Below, piece after piece: positions 58,912 to 64,000 of a stretch of DNA of 64,000 nt; position 1 is the stretch's first letter, and each line of letters starts with the position of its first letter. The stretch lies in assembly GCA_905178155.1 (NCBI GenBank), contig CAJINV010000001.1:12894635-12958634 (forward strand). The letters run 5' to 3'. The DNA is from Amoebophrya sp. A120 (lineage: Eukaryota; Protista; Dinoflagellata). The position numbers and the translations under genes are program-made. The notes beneath the pieces were generated by a model. It was not told where the DNA came from, searched no databases, and worked only from the letters and a program-made list of their open reading frames with translations.

Positions 58912-61900
58912 TCATTCGTAAACACATAGCCATGCATAGGCTGAAGGCAAAAATCGCACACGCAAATTCATCTGCTGCTTCGGACTTTCACTTTTCTTTC
59001 GGATACCAGGCAAACAGAAGTCGTTGCTTGGATCTTCCAATAGGTCCCGTAGTGTGTTAGCGACTTCTAAAAGTTCGCAATCCCGCTCCCGTTCCCGCCT
59101 CGACCGGAGGCCGGCACCTTGTGTGGTTTCATCGGCAGTGAAGCCGAACTCACAAGTTCCACTATCTTTATTTCCTTCGTTCGAATCTTCTTCATCTTTG
59201 CAGTCGTGGGCAGTACAAGTGCTGTCAGTCAACACTTTCCTAGATGACAAGAGTGGCACATCGGATAGGGCATCTTGATTGCTATTTGCGAACAACGCGA
59301 GGACACCGCCTCCGCCAGCTTCATCTGCGCTCGTATAAATTTTCATACGCGTCGACGTCGCCTCGCTGCTTCTGCGGCAATCATGATCATCATGAGGCGT
59401 TTTCCTACTACAACTACTTTCCCGGCTGTGGCCATTGCATTTGGGACTTTGTTTCCCAGGAGGTCCTTGCCCTTGGCCATCGCTCTCGTCCCGGCTTTGA
59501 GCACAACAAGAACGTCGGTCATCCGCAGCTTCCTGCTTCAGTTTTAATACAGCTCGCCTGCTGGTGCTGGAGGTGGTGCTTCCACGCGTGCCCGTTCGTC
59601 CCCCACCCCCTGCTTCCTTTTCATGCAACAGAAGTTGCGGCAGGTAAAGCGCGTCCGCCTTTGCGCGCGCTAGCCGCTGCGTGAGTGTGGCAGGTGTAGG
59701 TTTGGGGCGGCGCGGCGGAAAAAGACGCTGGCTTAGTTCGCCGTGGCCCCTTAGCTCTAAAAGTCGTCGGTAGGGCTGCCACACTGCCGGAACTAACTGG
59801 GTCGCCTCCTGACAGCAAGATAATCTACAGCACCGCGCAACTAGGTCAGACTCGTGATTTAGGTTCAGATTCTCCAAAATCGGGCCTGGTTCCTCGTCTT
59901 CAACCAGATTCGCAGGGCCCGTGTAGGCGCTTTTTCCCACGACGCACCGGTACACGCAGCAGCAACAGGACGGAGCGCACGCGAAAGGGCAACACGCGTG
60001 GGTCTCGGCTGTAAGCAAGTGCAAGAAGGCTTCGCCGGGACCCAGAAAATTATATCCAACACACCCTGCTAGCCCGCACCAGGATAAAGCGAGGCAGCAT
60101 CCAATGCCGTCAGCCATCACCGGTGCGTACGTGTTGGATAGGGCTGGTGGACACGCACAGACATAGTCTGCGACTCGTTGCGCGTTCACGCACAGGCAAT
60201 GTGATGTATATTCTGCAACGCAGCAGGGCAGGTCCGTATTCAGTTTAGAAAAGAGGCGCCCAGCATCATCCTCTGCAATCGCTCACCTCCACCCCCACGC
60301 ATGAAAACTGAACGTACTGGTAGTGACTGTTGCTGGTCTTCACGACTACATCAGTCACCCATACAAGAAAAATCTGTCATTCATCAATTCGCTGTAGTTG
60401 TACTTCTACCCGCGACGGTGCGTGGGAGGCGTCGTGCGTCACACAACTAAAGCCGAAGTCATTGAGGTGGAAGTATGCCAACACCTACACACCAAATCAA
60501 AAAGGACATCTGACATCAAAGCTCCAACTTTACAAGAGCACCTGAGCAACATCGGCACGCTCTTGGCGTTGGCTGGGGAGGTAGAGGATAGCATTCGGGC
60601 TAGGCCGTAAGATCGTCGCTCGGGATAACAGCAAAACCCGCATGATTCGCCCGGAAAATTTTGCCAGCACCCGTTGCTTGCCCGACATCCGATCGCGTGC
60701 CAAAACTCGGCACACGAATTATATCCCTCCACCAATAATTGCAGTGCGGAGTCCGGAAATAAGCCCAGTCCTCTCTCGCGCCTGCGATCCCGTTCCTGCT
60801 CCCCCGTCGCCCGCATCTGAAGTTCTTTCGCAGTGTCATACTGACGCTGAAAGTGATAACGAATGACATGCGCCAAAACTATGGCACAGGCCCCTGTCGG
60901 ACCGAATTGGTTGACCAGGTCGACGAGCGCTCGTTGCCGGACGAAATTTTGCATCGTTACGTAAGAATTAGAAGGCGTGTTGTTGCGACGTGTGGTGGAG
61001 GCTGAAGCGGTAGTTCGACCTTCGACGCTGGTACCACGACGAGCCTCGTCCGCTGAACCTCCAGAGCTGTCAGCGGTCTGTCCAGGTCTGGTAGCTGTGC
61101 TCGATCTTCTAAAGACATCATCATTCTGGTGCGGATCTTTCGCGAGCACCACATTTTGGTGTACATGCTCTGCCCACTTAGTGCGCTCGCGCCAAACGTG
61201 CTCCGTCATATAGCGCCACAAAATTCTTCGCTTTTCGTCTTCGCGTTCGACGTCCTGGGGGTTAGGCTCGTTCTTGGCGCCAAACTTTGTTGAGACTTCC
61301 TTCATCTTCCCTGGCCTTAACACGTCCTCCCCCTCTGCAGAAGCTGTCATGCGAAATTTTCGCAGTAAGTCGTCGACGTCGGCAATCGACAAAGGCGGCA
61401 TTGGCAGCCAGAGGGGGCCGAGTTCTGCTCCGCTCGGCGCATCCAGGGTGCAGCCGGGCGGGAGTTGCTCTGCATGTCCCCCTCGGCATCCGGAGGGGCA
61501 ATCTGCACGTCCCGTGTGGTGCCTTGGTCTCTGGTCCATTTTCCGTGCGCACCCGTGGCAGTAGGCGTGTCCACACATGCGCACCGCGACCTTCGGGGCA
61601 CTACTAGAGCTGCTTCCTCGTCGTGTTGTCTCCTCGTCCGAGGTGGCTTTCTCGGCCGGACTCGCGCCAAGGCGGGTGGCATCATTTCTCTGATGATCTC
61701 TATTACGGGGGCTAATCCGGATTTCGAACTCGGACCTCGGGGACGAACTGCCAGTGCTGCTGCTGGATGATCCTGTTGCAGACCCTGAAGAAAAATGCGA
61801 TGACGAATCATCAAGTTCTTCAACCCTTTCCCGTTCAAGGTCATGCGCTGCGTTCTTCTTGTTCTTTTCTTCTCGTCGAATGTGAGCCTCGCTGCCCTCA

Positions 61901-63318
61901 GTGTCAGTATCACCTTCCCGTTCCCCATCTGCGCCCGACATGACAAAATTAGGGCGCGGCTCTACTTTTGCATGTGAGACAACTTCGCAATCGACGCCCA
62001 CTGTGGCTGGTCCCTTCAAGACACAATCTCTCTGGATTGCAGGAAACGACGGGCCATTGCTGCGACGGGTCTCGTCGTGGTCGTCGCGAGGACGTGAGTG
62101 ACTAGTGCAAGAGCTTGCGATGTGGATGTCTTCTCCGGAACCGCGACAAGCAGAAAAGTTGAAGTTCTGCAATGCTTGTTCGCCTTCGATCTCTACCAGA
62201 CTGCGTTCTGACCTGACATCATCATGGTCCATTATGACGAAAACTTCTTCTTCATCTTCCTCCTCAAGCGCGGTGGCACTGCCCGCTTCTCCTGCATTCG
62301 CGCTAAATCGTACAGCTCCTGTACTACCTTGACCTCCTTGGGCATCTAGTACTTTATTGCAAGACGAACTTGAAGTGCTGGCTCCGGGTTCTTCTTCGGG
62401 GTGGCCTGAGCGCAGACACACGTCGGCACCACACGATGCTTTCCCCGGAGTCGGACCTTTTCTTTGTCTTGCAGCTACTACAATCCGTTTGCGGAGGCAG
62501 ATTGTGCATAAGACATCCATCTCAGTCCCATCTGCGCTCGCGCCCGAATCGCTCCAGCGGCTGCGATGAAAGGACGGCTGTCCGTTGTAGTGCATTAGTC
62601 GGAGCGCTTCAAATACACGCAGCTCTTTCGAGGAAAATTCTTCTGCCGGTGCCTCAAGGAACCGAAACACAGACCCGTCTGCAAGAGTCTTCGAAATCAC
62701 TTCTACCGAGCGGCGCGGCTCTGGCTGGCGTGTTGAAGAGGAGGAGCTCATCTTCAAAGTTGGTCTTTTCCTTTTGTTCAGCAGCAGGGGCTGCCTACTT
62801 TCATCTTTCTCGTCCTTCATCAGCTCCATTCGATGCTGCGTCGGCACGGAGGCTAGCTGCAAATTTTCTCCAGCAGCGGCAAGAGCTGGATCGAAGTAAG
62901 GAGTCTGTGTTAGCAACTCATCTGGTGCGCTGTAATCTTCGCTGGTCCTTATGTGCATGTCTTCGTTCCTCTTCCTGCTACCTGCGAAATTCGGGTATGG
63001 AGCGGTACTAGTGAGGCTGGGCTTGCGCTCTAGTCGTTTGTCTGTTGCATCCCGTTCCCATGCAATTGCAAGCTCAAAATGTGCGTCCTGATTGTACAGA
63101 TGCACGTCCTGATCTCTGCGTTCATCCGATGCAACGGGGTGGGAAATCGAAACGGACGTAAGCCTCACCGCATCACAGATCGTCGCGCCGGGACGTGCGC
63201 AGAGTGTTCTCCAGAGTAGATAAACACAGAGCGCGCAGTGCGGCCAGGCACCGGAGTTGTACCAACGCCAGCTGCTCGACACCGTAACCGTTCTCGTCCG
63301 GAACCTCATCCTTTGCAA
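58912..63318 (-). CDS. Large RING-finger-like / Cys-rich membrane-associated protein (probably two ORFs of one gene)
   Basis: ORFs of 959 and 425 aa; CTIC ... CGHAYCHGC ... CPSGC ligands; Cys-rich hydrophobic segments. Junction at ~60.2-60.6 kb not resolved. Confidence 0.55.
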
Positions 63319-64000
63319 TTGCGATCGTTATTTACGGTTGTACTGGGGAAAACACTACAGCAGCGGTTTAGATTGATCTAAAAGCTAGAGTTGAAAATCC
63401 AAAGAAGTTGAAGTATAGGCATCAACATGAGCTCGACTGACACTTATCGCTGCTAATAACGGCGACGACTGCGACACATACCACGAAATCATAGACAGCC
63501 GCAGGTAGAAAGAGATGGATATAGAGTGGAGAAGTAGCAGGAAAACCACGGCGCAGCTTTGCACTACAGAAAGAGAAAGAGAAATGACTAATGACGAGTA
63601 AATCTTCGGTGTCGGCCCAGGTGGACGCCCTGGCCGCTGCATATACTCATCTTCGTGTGCAGTTATTGGCTTTCACCATGATCATCGACATCGAGAAATA
63701 ACTCCGTTTTCTTTTATCCGTTACTGTTTGCCTTTGCTGAAAAGTGGGTAGGAATAGTGCTAGCTAGATCATCACCTTCTGTCGCGAAAAAAATAGCTCA
63801 TATAGCATTGGATTCAGAGGAAAACATCAAAGAAACCTAGCTGCAGTCTGCACCCGCACTTTGGAACCAGTCTGTGTCTGGCAGGACTGTATACGATCTT
63901 CAGTGGCGCGACGAATCTGCTGGATGACGATTCGATCCTTGTCCTATGTATTCCTTGCCATCCACATGATCCACCTGCAAACATTAACTGAACAGCAATA

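Noticed and set aside
1-64000. tRNA, rRNA, snRNA genes or an autonomous transposase
   Set aside because: None recognisable by eye; tRNAscan-SE, Infernal and HMM searches would be needed to exclude them.

Overview
Gene-dense eukaryotic DNA. Every recognisable gene lies on the minus strand, and many coding regions are interrupted by short terminal-inverted-repeat (TIR) insertions. This combination matches what is known for the syndinian dinoflagellate parasite Amoebophrya; the taxon is an inference. Recognisable genes: an LRR protein, a nucleoredoxin/tryparedoxin-like protein with a W-S-A-A-C site, a CRAL-TRIO (Sec14-like) protein, a class 3 lipase, a PLP class I/II aminotransferase, an F420-dependent-type NADP oxidoreductase, an NSUN3/4-like m5C RNA methyltransferase, TrmO, Rtf2, a RING/Cys-rich protein and several orphans. 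The main signal is about 30 introner-like elements (128-793 bp) from several sequence families that share one architecture: 5-nt flank + TAT-TIR ... TIR-ATA + 5-nt flank. Removing the element plus exactly 5 nt restores the reading frame and conserved motifs in nearly every case, even where the 5-bp direct repeat has decayed. Young copies have no GT-AG. Four older copies have become GT-AG introns, all in the same register (G+TAT...AT(A/G)+NNAG). One element is nested in another. Also present: twin perfect palindromes at 6.4 kb, a GC-shifted degenerate island at about 16-21.7 kb, and an apparent pair of compensating frameshifts. All gene models were reconstructed by hand, without transcript data.
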